A stretch of 64,000 nucleotides of DNA from Camelus ferus (Eukaryota), in contig NC_045696.1 in the NCBI RefSeq assembly GCF_009834535.1, forward strand, positions 32,180,001 through 32,244,000, given 5' to 3'. Positions 36,661 to 49,764 of this stretch are shown piece by piece. Each line of letters begins with the position of its first letter. The stretch's first letter is position 1. The translations under genes and the position numbers were made by a program. A model generated the notes under the pieces. That model ran no database searches. It was not told the origin of the DNA and worked only from the letters and a program-made list of their open reading frames with translations.

Positions 36661-39009
36661 CACAATGCTGTATACAATCAATATGCCTAGCAAATGTGTG
36701 TTTATATATAGTATTGGTGTCAAGTTGTTTTATTTTATTGTCTTCAAGCCATTGTTTTACATGCCTATGTAATTTTTCCTACTAAGTCTTTGATTTTAAG
36801 TATATCAAAACACTTTGTATGAGAAAAGATAACCCACTTTAAAACAATTCTCACTTACTTGAACATTGAAAGTGGGTGATTGTCTGCAATCAATACCTGG
36901 TCTAAGAGACACTGAGAAAGAGACAAGTAGTCACTGAGGAGGATGTTCGAGGTTGCTGTATAATAGTTTCATCTGGAGCAGGGCTTCCCTTATACTATTG
37001 AGAAGAAAACAAATTGGACAAGAATAGTTTTATGAAGAAGAAAAAAGGAACAATTAGGTGGGACTAATGGTCCAATTAATTCCTTGTTATCCTGTTTTTA
37101 CTAGGAGGTCTACTCAAATAGATACAACTTCAAGAGGAGTAGTTGGGACAGATTTCATTTCTACCAGCTCCATTCTTTTTTCTTCTTTTTTTTTTTTTTC
37201 TCACTTTGTCCACCATTGATGTGAACAGAATCAATACAGACATATCACCCTCATTCTTTAACCTAATACCTTTACAATTACCAGTCCTTCACCTGAAACA
37301 CAGGTAGTGCTGAAAATGGGAAGTGAAGGACAAACAAAGAAGGAAATTCTTCAAAAATTATTGATTAGGGGCCGCATATTATAAAGCAAGGATATAAATC
37401 CATAAAAGGTTTTCAGTAGATCAGCAATCATGCTTTAAATAAACATGTTGGCACTGTTGGAAATTCAAGGCTTTTCTACTTTGTTTGGTTTGGAGATATA
37501 CACTTCTGCTTTGTCAGAAAAAGTTACACTCATTTGCTTTGACATAAGAGTGTTAGTAACTTATTTAATTATCTTGGTGGAGACAAAGGAGGAGCAGAAG
37601 GATATAACAGGAGGGCAAAAGAGGAGGAAAGATCTCAAAGCCTCTTATTTAAAGGTTTATCAAATTGTCCCATTAGCCATGATCTATTTCTTTCAAGTTC
37701 ACAAAGAAAGCAGCAAACCTAGGAACATTTGGTGTATATATATATTATATCCAAAGTGATTCTCTCCTCATATTCTGGATAGATATATTTTAATTATTCA
37801 GGGCATCAGTGAGTCTTTCTGTTCTACAGTTTTTTTCTGACATGCCTTTATTGTAGATAGATAATGCACCATGAGGAACTTCTTTGTGACATCAGACCAC
37901 TCTGGGAGATTTATAATATCAGTTCCGAGTCCAGAGCAACTTGCTTCTTAAAGAAATCTGCCTCCCTTCTGAGCACTTAAGATCACATAGGTATGAAATA
38001 ATATTTAATAATTTATAAAATGTCTTTTTCATCATAATAGCTGTGGTGAAAGAGAATAGAATTCAAATCAGATAAAATTCAAATATATAGGAGATCATCC
38101 AGAAGTGTTTTAAATTGTTTTTATAAAAACTAACATTTTCTTTTCAAATTTCACTTTCCTTTATCAAGAGGCCACATGGTTTAAAAAAATAGTTTCAAAT
38201 TTATTCCTAACTTATTCTATGACAATAGTGATAACAACTGGTATTTATACCAGTTACATATTCATTTTATACCTTAAAAAATATATATAATTAAAACTTC
38301 CCCTGCTTTATTGCATTTAGTTTTTCTGATTTCATAGATAAGACACATAATCTTAGAAAAGTTAACTTGTTAAAGATGATGCAGCCAAAAAACTGATACA
38401 GCCAGGGTTCAAATGTAAGCCCTTATATCCCAGAATTTGTAATTTTTACAGTATACAAATTTGTCGATTGTGTATATTTATATGAAGGTTCTGAAGTATT
38501 TTGATTAAAAACTTACCGATGTTCCTTAAAAATGTCCCCAAATTTCAGTTTATCTCAAGCCTCATTCATCAGGGGATGAGTGTGTGGGGAATGTGGGGGG
38601 TGAGTAGTGGAGGAGCATACGGAAACCCTGTGACCTGAATTGATGAGATGGAAGTATAGTTGTGGTGAAGGTTGGTGTGGACGTAGATGGGAGATAGGCA
38701 CCCTCAGAGGAGGTGTCAGTAAATGAGGAGGGGTTTTTGTGTTTAGCTGAACGACAAGTAGTAGGTACTCAGGTCGCCCTGCCCTTGCCTACTCGGGACA
38801 CTGCAAAAATCAGGTCTTGGTTACAGCTGACTTTATAGAGAGAGTCTGGAGGTGGAAGTCACTGGAAGTGCAATTAGCAAGCCCAAACATGGTTCAGGAA
38901 CTCTGTGGTTCTGAGAATAACCTGGCTGCAGTATGATGAATTGGTTCTTTCATTGTTGAATTCAGACATAACTGGGCAGTGCTTATTGTCATTAATTGGC
39001 TTAGATAGT

Positions 39010-39150
39010 TCAGTGAGCAACAGATCTGGTGTGAGAAAGGTTGGTGTTTAAAGACTGTTCTCCCACCTATTAATTGTGTGACCTTGGACAAGTTCCTTAA
39101 CCTCTGTAAGACTCAGTTCCCTGATATGTGAAAGCAGGATAATAGTCTAG
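39010..39150 (+). mobile_element. MIR SINE fragment
   Basis: tgtgtgaccttggacaagttccttaacctctgtaagactcagttccctgatatgtgaaagcaggataatag is the MIR core. Confidence 0.75.
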
Positions 39151-39949
39151 TGCTGGTTAATACTATGTTATCATTAGAATCATTTTATATTCTAATGTAT
39201 TCTAATCATATAAAAAGCACTCAGTGCTTTCTCTGTGACCATTCATTATATTAAAGGGAAAGGATTAGGGGAATCTGGATCTTAGTTCATACACAGAAAT
39301 GTTCATGTGTAGGTTTTCATATAGTGGAGCCAACTACAACCACACTGAAATATTTTATACAGGCCCTTTTACTATTCTTAAACGTTCTCCAAACTCTAAG
39401 TGAAGTCTTAAATGTTATTTCATTTATCTCCACCTGGAATGCTTAAAATTTCAAATGAGAGAACAGCCAATGATGATTTAATAGCCAATTTACTTCTGAT
39501 AAATTTCTACTTCTTCTTTAACTACTTGAATGCTCTTTTTAATGAACATCCCACTTCTTGCTACCATACAAGGTCTGAGCTACCTTAACTTATTCCTGGA
39601 AATGACAGTCAATCTGAGAGGGGAAATGCCTATAAGTTAATAAGCAGAATTTTAAAATGACCCTCAAGAGCAGCAGATGAATTTCTAATTACAATTATCA
39701 CTGTTGCCGCAATAATACTCTTCTGAGGTCTGAATTATGTCAGGACATTAAAAGTAAAAAGTGCATTAATATTTTTAATGCAGATCTATTATTTATAAAG
39801 CGAGTATGAAGTGGGAGCATAGATGTGAGTATATTGCCTGCTTCTTACTGCCTGTCATCCTGGTTTGTTATTCCTCCTTCCTGGGAGGACGAGGAGAATG
39901 GGCATGGACCCTGTAGTCCCATTGAGCAGGGGTCAAGGTCCAAGGTAAG

Positions 39950-40125
39950 CACTCACCAGCTGCATGACCTTGAACAGGTGATTGAATCTTTCTGATCTTC
40001 ACCTTCCTCATTTGTAAAAGTCTGGGATAATAACTGCCCCACAAGTTTATTATGCCAATTTAAAAGATTATTAATGTGCAACTTTCAAGTTAATAGTAGA
40101 TTTTCTATATGTGGTAATGATTATG
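39950..40125 (+). mobile_element. MIR SINE fragment
   Basis: cactcaccagctgcatgaccttgaacaggtgattgaatctttctgatcttcaccttcctcatttgtaaaagtctgggataataact. Confidence 0.7.
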
Positions 40126-43100
40126 TGCTTGTTATATTTATTGTTATGTTATTGTTTCTCAATCATAAGGCTTTTCTTTTCACATTGAGATGATGATAGT
40201 GACCCATAGTTTAAGATCTGTAAGCTCATACTGATGACAAGTATGTGCTGAAATAAATCACTCCCTCTCATGTGGTCCCTCTTGTATGCATCTTGAGCAG
40301 GGTATTGGTTGATATGAATGGGAGCATAAGTGATTCTATTAACTGAACCATATCACTAACACATCCATGACTTTGTTTTCATTAACAGTAGGATCCAAGT
40401 AATTGGTAAACCACTGACTTTATATAAATATACACGTGTTCTTATATAGAAGGATTCTTTTTTCTCCTTTCTTTCTTTGTAGCACTACTTTAAATACAAG
40501 AAAATTAGAAAAATAAACTTCAAGCTCCCAGGATTTCAAAGCTAAGTTAGCTTTCATACATTGACTAATTACTAATAAATAATCTACACTCTTATGAGTC
40601 AAACTTAGTGAAAGAGTTGAACGAATTTCATTGTGTCAAACTTCTAGAAATAATCATTATCACAAAAATCATGTCCTTGCCTTAGGAATTATTTACTGGT
40701 ATAGAGTGCAGTATGAATGATGACATGTAAGCTTTATGCTTCTCTATTTAAATATGATGGTCAAAATTCATTCTCAATCATTCAAGATAGTGAAGGATGT
40801 TTTAAAAAATAGATATAAATGAAAATAATTCTAGGAAATACCATCTATTGCAGAAGGAAAGCTAAACAATTCCAAGCTTGAGTATGGCTGACTTAATTAA
40901 AACACAATTAACATTGTTATTGTGTAACTAATGGCTTGAAAATGGCAATGTCATGAGCCATCAATTATGGAACAGTGTATAAAACAGTAGGCGCTATAGG
41001 CTGGAATGTCACAATAAGCCTTAGGGCTTTTTTTGTTTTTTTTTCTCCTAATCTATCTGAAGTGTATTTGTCAGATTTCAACATGGCATTACAGTTGATT
41101 AAAAATGACAAACATAATGTCACTAATGAATTGTTTTTCACTGAAATACTGTTTATAGGATGTTAATAGGGATTAGGGTATTTTTATCAAGTGATATTAT
41201 TTTTCCAAACCTAAGGCATTCATTTACCATATATTTTATGAGTAACTCAGCCTAGAATAAACTTTGAGGTTTTAGATACTTACAAGCCATATCAATGTCA
41301 CTACGTATTTTCCTCCTATATATGCAGTTAACAGTTATTTTCTTTTTGATATTCTTTGAGAAATTTTCATTTGTGGATTTCACCATAATGTCACTGGAAA
41401 TCCACTTCAGTGGATAATGGATTTCACCCTGTTATGAGGAAGCTTCATGAGGCTCTCTAAGGGTTCAGAAAGTGCCTTTCTCTTCCCAGTTTTGTTTCCT
41501 GTGTCTCCTTATTGAAATTCATTTTCAAACTTTGCATCAGTCAAATTGCTAGTCCCTTTCACCAAAGTATTTTCTTCAAACTCTCTGCCCTGCACAATAC
41601 CCACCCTTTTATTTAGAACTTTTGCCATTGCTGCCTTACAAAAAATTTTTCTCTATTTCTTAGTATATTGTAAATTCTTCAAGCACTGTAATTTAAAACT
41701 GTTTAGCCGTTGATTCTCTGAACATTTTGTATACACTTATGCAAAATACATAATCAACAAATATACATTGGGGACTATAAAACATTAATTTAGAATTCAT
41801 ACATTAAAAATATCACAGTGAATTTTTGGGTTTTTTTTAAATTAGTGAATGTGTTCCATATAACCAACCTTTTTTGTGAAAAGATCAATTAGGTTTAATA
41901 TTGTCCACTTGTTGTTACACATGAAAATAGCCTCCCTCAGCTCTAGTAGACGTACATAATTTTTTAGTTAAGAACTTTTGGTTGTTTAAAATCTAAAACT
42001 TACTAGACTCTACCACAGTAATGGACTTTCATGTAGAACAACAGACTACTTTTTCCCTGTCACATTGTTTCATTGTCTTACTTTCTGGACTTCACTGTCA
42101 TTCTTTTAAAGGGTTAAATTAATTTAATTGTTTACTTGGGTTTTATGCGTTTATGCCTAGAGGTTTCCTAGAGCAAGCACATAGCTCTGTAAGATAGTTG
42201 GCCCTGCGTCTCCGGAAATCTCAGCTGGGCACAATCACTTGACAGATCTTCAGAGTAATAAAAGGCAATTCTAATGAAACACCCTGTGAAGCAAATTCCA
42301 AAAGTGATCTTTCCAGGAAGAAGCGTAAACCCCTTGGAAAAGTCATCACCTAGAATCCAGAGATACTTTGAGATGCAAATGATCCACTTGAGACAAGGGG
42401 GCACCTGTGGTTCTGTCTTGATTAGGTCTTCAGGACTCAATTTCAATAAATAAGAGAATAGAAGGAGGAGGTTCTTTTCATGAGCTCTGTCCTCAAGGTA
42501 ATAAAGGCAGAGGGAAGAGTGCTAGGTGGTGTCCATTCATAATTCCTTGCTGGTCATCAGTAATTACAAGCCACTTACTGTCATTTTGAGATGTGTGTAA
42601 GGTATAACCTTCACTGTATGCTGCCTGTTTTCCTTGAGTCTTTAGTAGTGAAACTGCAAATTTTAAAGAGGGCTTATTTACTGTCTTTGGAAAAAACAGA
42701 GAAAGAAATACCAAGGGAAAAATAATCACATCCTCACTCTGGTCTTGAGGGAAACAGAACATCAAATAAGAGTGGATGGTGACAGCAACAAAGAGGCAGG
42801 ACAAGAGCGGTCCGCAGGTGTCAGGAGAAAGGAGAACATGGGGAGGCTCACAGCTGAGAACAGGGCTTCAGGCTGAGCACACAAAGAATACAGTCATGAG
42901 ATGCTAACTCAAAGATGCCCGTGCATGACCTAAACTATGCAAAGGACAAGAGAGGAATCAATAAATGATTTAGAAGTACTTTGTGTTATTTAGTCTTCAG
43001 TACTACTCATCAGTAATTTTCCCTGTCTTTGGACAGCTCTTGCATTTCCCCATTTGACTATATCAGCCATTACTTCTTACGTTTCCTACCCACTCACACC

Positions 43101-43231
43101 TTTCTTACTCCAGTATATCTACAAATTCAAAAACGTAATTAAAGTCATTTAGCATAAACTAATTTAGTGTTCTTCTTTCTCCTTTCAGCTATATTGACAT
43201 CTTCATTTATCTCCAATTTATCTTCACTTTC

Positions 43232-44575
43232 TTTTTTTTTTAACATTTTTTATTGATTTATAATCATTTTACCATGTTGTGTCAAATTCCAGTGTTCAGC
43301 ACAGTTTTTCAGTTATTCATGGACATATACACACTCATTGTCACATTTTTTTCTCTGTGAGTTATCATAACATTTTGTGTATATTTCCCTGTGCTATACA
43401 GTGTAGTCTATTCTACAATTTTGAAATCCCAGTCTATCCCTTCCCACCGTCCACCCCCCTGGTAACCACAAGTCTGTATTCTCTGTCTGTGAGTCTATTT
43501 CTGTCCTTTATTTACTCTTTGTTTTTGTTTTTGTTTTTGTTTTTTAGATTCCACATATGAGCGATCTCATATGGTATTTTTCTTTCTCTTTCTGGCTTAC
43601 TTCACTTAGAATGACATTCTCCAGGAGCATCCATGTTGCTGCAAATGGCATTATGTTGTCGGTTTTTATGGCTGAGTAGTATTCCATTGTATAAATATAC
43701 CACATCTTCTTTATCCAGTCACCTGTTGATGGACATTTAGGCTGTTTCCATGTTTTGCCTATTGTAAATAGTGCTGCTATGAACATTGGGGTGCAGGTGT
43801 CATCCTGAAGTAGATTTCCTTCTAGATACAAGCCCAGGAGTGGGATTCCTGGGTCATATGGTAAGTCTATTCCTAGTCTTTTGAGGAATCTCCACACTGT
43901 TTTCCATAGTGGCTGCACCAAACTGCATTCCCACCAGCAGTGTAGGAGGGTTCCCCTTTCTCCACAGCCTCTCCAGCATTTGTCATTTGTGGATTTTTGA
44001 ATGACGGCCATTCTGACTGGTGTGAGGTGATACCTCATTGTAGTTTTGATTTACATTTCTCTGATAATTAGTGATATTGAGCATTTTTTCATGTGCTTTT
44101 TGATCATTTGCATGTCTTCCTTGGAGAATTGCTTGTTTAGGTCTTCTGTCCATTTTTGGATTGGGTTGTTTATTTTTTTCTTATTGAGTCGTATGAGCTG
44201 CTTATATATTCTGGAGATCAAGCCTTTGTCGGTTTCACTTGCAAAAATTTTCTCCCATTCCGTAGGTTTTCTTCTTGTTTTATTTCTGGTTTCCTTTGCT
44301 GTGCAGAAGCTTGTAAGTTTCATTAGGTCCATTTGTTTATTCTTGCTTTTATTTCTTCTAGGAGAAAATTTTTTAAATGTATGTCAGATAATGTTTTGCC
44401 TATGTTTTCCTCTAGGAGGTTTATTGTATCTTGTCTTATGTTTAAGTCTTTAATCCATTTTGAGTTGATTTTTGTATATGGTGTAAGGGAGTGTTCTAGC
44501 TTCATTGTTTTACATGCTGCTGTCCAGTTTTCCCAACACCATTTGCTGAAGAGACTGTCTTTATTCCAATGTATA
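43232..44575 (-). mobile_element. Young 5'-truncated LINE-1 (about 1.35 kb)
   Basis: Poly-T start, 3' UTR, and ORF2 C-terminus in three ORF-track pieces ([23 protein letters not shown]...[23 protein letters not shown]...[14 protein letters not shown]...[10 protein letters not shown]). TSD ATCTTCACTTTC(T)n at 43220-43231 and 44576-44587. Confidence 0.97.
43544..44575 (-). pseudogene. L1 ORF2p C-terminal about 340 codons, including the cysteine-rich region
   Basis: Recognisable ORF2 motifs, broken by one frameshift near 44330 and one stop near 44051-44053. Confidence 0.92.
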
Positions 44576-44599
44576 ATCTTCACTTTCTTTTTTTCTTCA

Positions 44600-46160
44600 C
44601 TTAGTTTACCAGAGATGAGGTGCTTCTTCCCTTGATGGAAGCCAGTCTTTTCACATTTATACTTGTTCTCATCCCTTTTCTTGTCAACAGGGACTTTATT
44701 CCATCAATATCTTCTCTATTTCATTTACCTTTGACATCAAACTCTTCTAGTTATTCTTCTCATCCTGTATGTAAAAATTGTTCTTCTGTCTCCCCTTTCC
44801 ATAACCCTCTTCAAATAAAGTCTTTTATTAGCTCTATACACTCTTAACTATATTCACCATCTCTCATCTCTCAGATTAAATTGATTCACCAACATATTAC
44901 AATTTAGTTTAGTCTTCACCACTCCAATTAAACATCTAAAGTGAAATTAAACAATAACTCAATATTGTCAAATCCAGTGAGACATTAATTTGACTTACTG
45001 GAGTGTACTGTTGCCAGACATGACTTCCTAGAACTCATTACTCTCTGGAATACTGTTATTATTATTAATACAATACTTTTGTTATACTATTTACTGTATG
45101 TACTTCTCATTTCTGGGCTCCTGCTCTACCTGTCACTTACATGTTGGGGTTGTCCACAATTCTCTCAGGTTCATTACTCTTGACTTCCTCTGAGCTATCT
45201 CATCTATTTTCAAGTTTTATGCATGATCCGTGAATGGCTTTTATAATCCCCAAACCCACATCTTTGATCCGGGCCTGTTTCCTGACTTTATGTTCATATA
45301 TGTATTTGTGCTGGACATGTTACGGAAATGACAGGCCAGCCAAGAAACAAGCACCACTTGGAGGGTTGGAGTACTCAGATGTATTATGCCGGCGGGTTCA
45401 GAGGGGCTTCTGTTCCGAAGCTCTGAGCACCTCCAAGACGTGCACATGAGGTTTTATAGGGTTAATTACAAGTATGGGGCTATTAGCCAATAAGGTTCAA
45501 ACACAAAAAAACAAGGAATCAGTACACTGGAGCTTATCAGTTTGGAACAGATCACGTTACTGACACTTGTTGAGTTTGGATTTACGAGTTAGCTTGTTAG
45601 CCCAGTAAACTGACACTAAACTTTAGATTTACGAGTTAGCCCGGCAGAACTTATATCAGTAAACTGACACTTATCACACTTAGATTTGTGACTTAGCTCG
45701 TTAGCCCATCTGGGCTTTTTCTTTACAGACATATCTACTTAAGATTCTGCAAACTTCCTAAACACATCAGCTTTCATCTATTTTTCTTAATACTTGCCTC
45801 ATTTCATTTGACAGTACCACCTAGTCACTCAAGAAAAGAGAACTAAATGTCATGTTAAAACTCTCTCTAACTTCATTGTTTGGCCAACTCATTCATTTTT
45901 ATCTAGATTTAGATCTTTTGGGGAATTACCCTCTCAGAAAAAGTCCATTAAATCTCAGATTAAGCTATGCGTTCTCCTCTGTCATCCCATGGATATTTAG
46001 CATGGCATTGGCCCCAATAAAATAACCCTTTTCTAATGTGACTGCGTACCAGTGAGTGTGTTTTGTGCCTTTCAGGACAAAGAGTGATGCTTTATTTGTT
46101 ATCTCAGAATTTAGCAGTGGCTGACACATCTTTAATGATCAGCAAACGTTCATTAAAGTC
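44600..46160 (+). mobile_element. L2 LINE remnant interrupted by a solo LTR
   Basis: aatattgtcaaatccagtg; cctgtttcctgactttatgttcatata...ctggaca[LTR]tatctactt; 3' end atctcagaatttagcagtggctgacacat...cagcaaacgttcattaa. Confidence 0.55.
45318..45727 (-). mobile_element. Young ERV solo LTR (ERV1-type, 410 bp)
   Basis: TG...CA termini (TGTTACGG...CTTTACA); exact 4-bp TSD GACA (45314-45317, 45728-45731); minus-strand CTATAAAA (45452-45459) and AATACA (45380-45385); CCAAT at 45487-45491; internal U3-type repeats; CpGs retained. Confidence 0.85.
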
Positions 46161-46822
46161 ATCTGAATTTAGTCCATCAATATTAACTAAGATTCCTATG
46201 GCTTTCTCTTCCTTAATAGGAAAAACAAACAAATAAAAACAGCTTCTGGGCAAGTTAACTGACACTGTGTTATTGGACCTGGTTTATTTCTTTGTCAATA
46301 GCTCCAGAGTGATAACACTACTAAAAGAAAATTAAGAAACAGTGTCCTTATCTGTCATTATAGTTTAAAAAGCAAAGCAATGACATTTCTTGAATATCTT
46401 ATAATTATCAATCATTGTTTTTTGACTCAGGGTACTTCCTCATTTCAGTGGATGGTCATAAGATTTATCTTTAAATTCTTATTTTATTATTACTTTTTTT
46501 GGTATAGTTAGTATTGAATATTACTTATTTGTGCTAATTGTAAAGGTCCAAAAATCTTGAAAGACCTCTGTGAGGAACAATTATCAGATAACTAATTACT
46601 CAAAAATTAACAAGATTGTTTTCTTGAATAAATCTGCTAAGTTTTGATGAACCAACAGTCATCCAAATAATTGGTAAAAGGAATATAAGTATTTAGGTAA
46701 AAGAGATTTAAGTATTTATTTAAATGTGAATAATCTTTTTCCTAGGAAGCATATAACTGAAATATGAGAAAAAAGTCTTAAAGGTCTTCAGCAGTTTCTA
46801 GGCACAATAGGCAAGTTGTTTG

Positions 46823-46871
<49 letters not shown>
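46823..46871. repeat. (AT)n(AC)n microsatellite
   Basis: Directly visible. Confidence 0.95.
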
Positions 46872-46873
<2 letters not shown>

Positions 46874-47077
46874 TAGCAACATATATATGAAACATATATC
46901 TATGTCTATATATCTATATATTACATATCTCATTCTGCTCTTCTGTGCTCAGGTTTATTTATTTTGGTTCATTTTTTCTGACCCTCTTGGGTCTTGCCAC
47001 ACAGATGTTCAAAGGTCACATAATGTTATCCAAAGTTACAAATGATTATTGCATTTAGATCTTATATTTAACATAGA

Positions 47078-47623
47078 TGGTTTCAAAGCAAAAATTGCAC
47101 AGAACAGAGTTAATTAGACAAGAAGATTTTACTCAAAGCTGTTGCAGTAGGGAACAAAGCCTGTATCTAAGTCTAGCCTCAAGTTTACTGTAACAGCTGG
47201 TGGAGGGTTTTTAAGGGTGAGCTGGGATGAGCTAGTTGAAAATGCTGGAGGATGTTATGGAGGAGGGTGCTCAGTGGGATGTGTGGAGCACAGTGAGTTA
47301 TTTCCTCCATTTGTAAATGTTTTTCTCTGTGATTGGGCCATCTGTATTTGCTATTTGGTACCTGTCAAAGTTAGGCTCCATCCCCACAATAGAAACTGGG
47401 GGATATAGGTGCTATTTTCCTAAATGAATGTATTTCAGGGGATGGCTCCCAGGTCCTTGAAAAAATATTCTTGGGTAGTAAAATTGACAGGAGATTTTAA
47501 AAAATATTTACATGTATTTCAAAGGAACAGAGAAAGAACCAAAGAAAATCTCTAAGAAAAAAAAAGGAGGTCAAGTCTAAAGTCTAGTCAAGCTGAGGAA
47601 AACAATAAGGACATTTTGGTTCA
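47078..47623 (-). mobile_element. Old ERV1 solo LTR (MER31-like)
   Basis: caaagcaaaaattgcacagaacagagttaa...gatggctcccaggtccttgaaaaaatattcttgggt...tcaaaggaacagagaaagaa...gtctaaagtctagtcaagctgagg...ttggttca resembles antisense MER31; possible TSD TAGA/TAGG. Confidence 0.7.
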
Positions 47624-48705
47624 TAGGCATTTTAAGAATATTCAGATTCTATAGATCCATGTTAAGTAGAGGAATATGCCTGTAGTTTCATTTTGTTATG
47701 AAATTTGCCTCAGAGTAACAGAGCTAAAGACATCAGTTAGGAGGAAAGCAGTGTGATGAACTAATTTACACTAATGAAGAAATGGCAGTCTAACGTTTCA
47801 CGTGAATTTGCATATTTAAAAAACGTTCACATAGGTGACACCATAATGGATGTGACAAAGTTAAAGAAAAGAATTTCAGAGGAGAGGGAAGATATGAGTG
47901 ATCTTAGATGCTTGGGAACTCTTGTCACTTTACCTAAAGAGCTTCTGTGATTTATCTACTGCCTGACAGTATTCCATTACTTACTTAGGAGGCTTAAAAT
48001 AAGTGAAAGAAACACTGCATTATATTAATAAAGAAAACTATAGCATTAAAAAGTGATTTGCATTTGTGAAATTCCCGAAAAGACTATTTCTCTAAAAATC
48101 TTGAAAATTTTGAAGGGAGAGATACCTTAGCGAAAACAAAATGTCTAGGTAGAGGCTAATTTTTTATCCTTCCTAAAACCTCTTTTTATTCATGAGATAT
48201 TATATCAATTATATTCAATTACATAATATTTTGGCAGGAATTAAAAAAACTTAAATCAAAAAAAAAATCTGTCAGAGGTTCAAAATAATGGGAAGCTGAT
48301 ACTTGCAATTGATTTAGTATATAAGTTTGCCTGTTTGTTTATGCTAACTTTCATCATTAGTTTGGTACTTGCTTGTGTTATGGTAATAAAAATATATAAC
48401 AAATATTTATGTATATAGAGAAAATATTTATTTTATCTGAAATGGGAAGACATTTAGTGAACTATTTCAGTTTTTGAAATTGATTTATTTCATAATTTTT
48501 TGAGGCATCTTGAAAGTAAAGAAATGAGATTACTTTCATGATCAAAAAATAGTACTCTATTCATTGTGTATGCATCTTAGATCAAAATCATCGCAAGCAC
48601 AATCTTAGGGTATATTTATTTAGCTTCATTTTGGTAAATATGAATTTTGAATAAAAATGATTTTATATTGCCCCAAATTTAAAACTTTTTTTTCTTAAAT
48701 CCAAA

Positions 48706-48829
48706 ACTAACCCATAGGTAAAATGTCATTCTTTTTATTTTAAGAGAATTGTATAATATTTACAGTAACTAACACACAGATAAAATGTCATTCTTTTTAT
48801 TTTAAGAGAATTGTGTAATATTTACAGTA
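48706..48829. repeat. 62-bp tandem duplication (2 copies)
   Basis: 48706-48767 versus 48768-48829, 4 mismatches. Confidence 0.95.
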
Positions 48830-49349
48830 TTTTTGTTTCCATATTTTCTAGATAATTTCGGGGGAAAAGTAACCAATTTCAGAGTCAGTAATAACAATTA
48901 CATATTATCATAGGCTATCATTTAAACATAAATAAAAGTAATATGAATTACTTTTTAAGTAGCATTCAACACTATGAAATTTATCTGTATGGTCATTGCA
49001 ATTGGATAGCTCCACTGTTACAGCCTCAAGAATTTGTTTATAGGCAGTGTTTCTCCTTAATACTTTACTAGTTAGAATTAATGAGGATAGTAATTAATTT
49101 TTTAATTAAAAATATTTATTTTCCCTTTACTATGTGTGAGGCTCTGTCTTAGAATCTTATACAGTAATAAACCAAACAGTGACAAATCTCACATTCCTAG
49201 TGTGTAGCATCTGGGAGAAAAATATAAACAATACAGTATTTTTAAAGATTGTAAGTGCCATAGAAAAAAATAAGAAAGTAGGCAGTTCAGGGGTTGGAAT
49301 TTAAAATTTTTAACATAAGAAAATATTTTTTGTTGCAAAGTTATATATA

Positions 49350-49386
49350 TAGATAGATAGATAGATAGACAGATAGATAGATAGAT
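49350..49386. repeat. (GATA)n microsatellite
   Basis: Directly visible, one GACA interruption. Confidence 0.95.
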
Positions 49387-49684
49387 ATATAGATATATAT
49401 TTAGATACATTGCCTCTTAAAAATTTTTACCTTAGGTCTTTTATGTTACAATATAAAATATGCTACTGTTTTCATTCCCATTAAAGTGTCTATTTTTGTA
49501 TTAACCATACCTGGCATACATAGTTAAAATTAAGAAAATTACTAAGATTTTCTTAGTCTATAACTTTCTTAAATTTATAACCTGTCAAGTATGATGACAC
49601 ATTGTGACACATTATAACGAGTTTGCTTCTTTCCAAAATAAATTCAAGGAAAATAAAAAATAAGTAGATGTTATAGTGTTTTTG

Positions 49685-49688
<4 letters not shown>

Positions 49689-49764
<76 letters not shown>
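49689..49764. repeat. (TA)n(CA)n(TA)n microsatellite
   Basis: Directly visible. Confidence 0.95.

Noticed and set aside
42246..42353. Possible terminal exon IFRVIKGNSNETPCEANSKSDLSRKKRKPLGKVIT* with an NLS-like RKKRK
   Set aside because: Weak acceptor, only 35 codons, no partner exons and no recognised homology.
43279..44635. Plus-strand ORFs of 93-135 aa
   Set aside because: These are antisense frames of the minus-strand L1.
48719..48829. 49-bp repeat / 13-bp spacer / 49-bp repeat as CRISPR-like
   Set aside because: The spacer is a diverged copy of the 13 bp preceding the first repeat, so this is a plain tandem duplication; only two units, in eukaryotic DNA.
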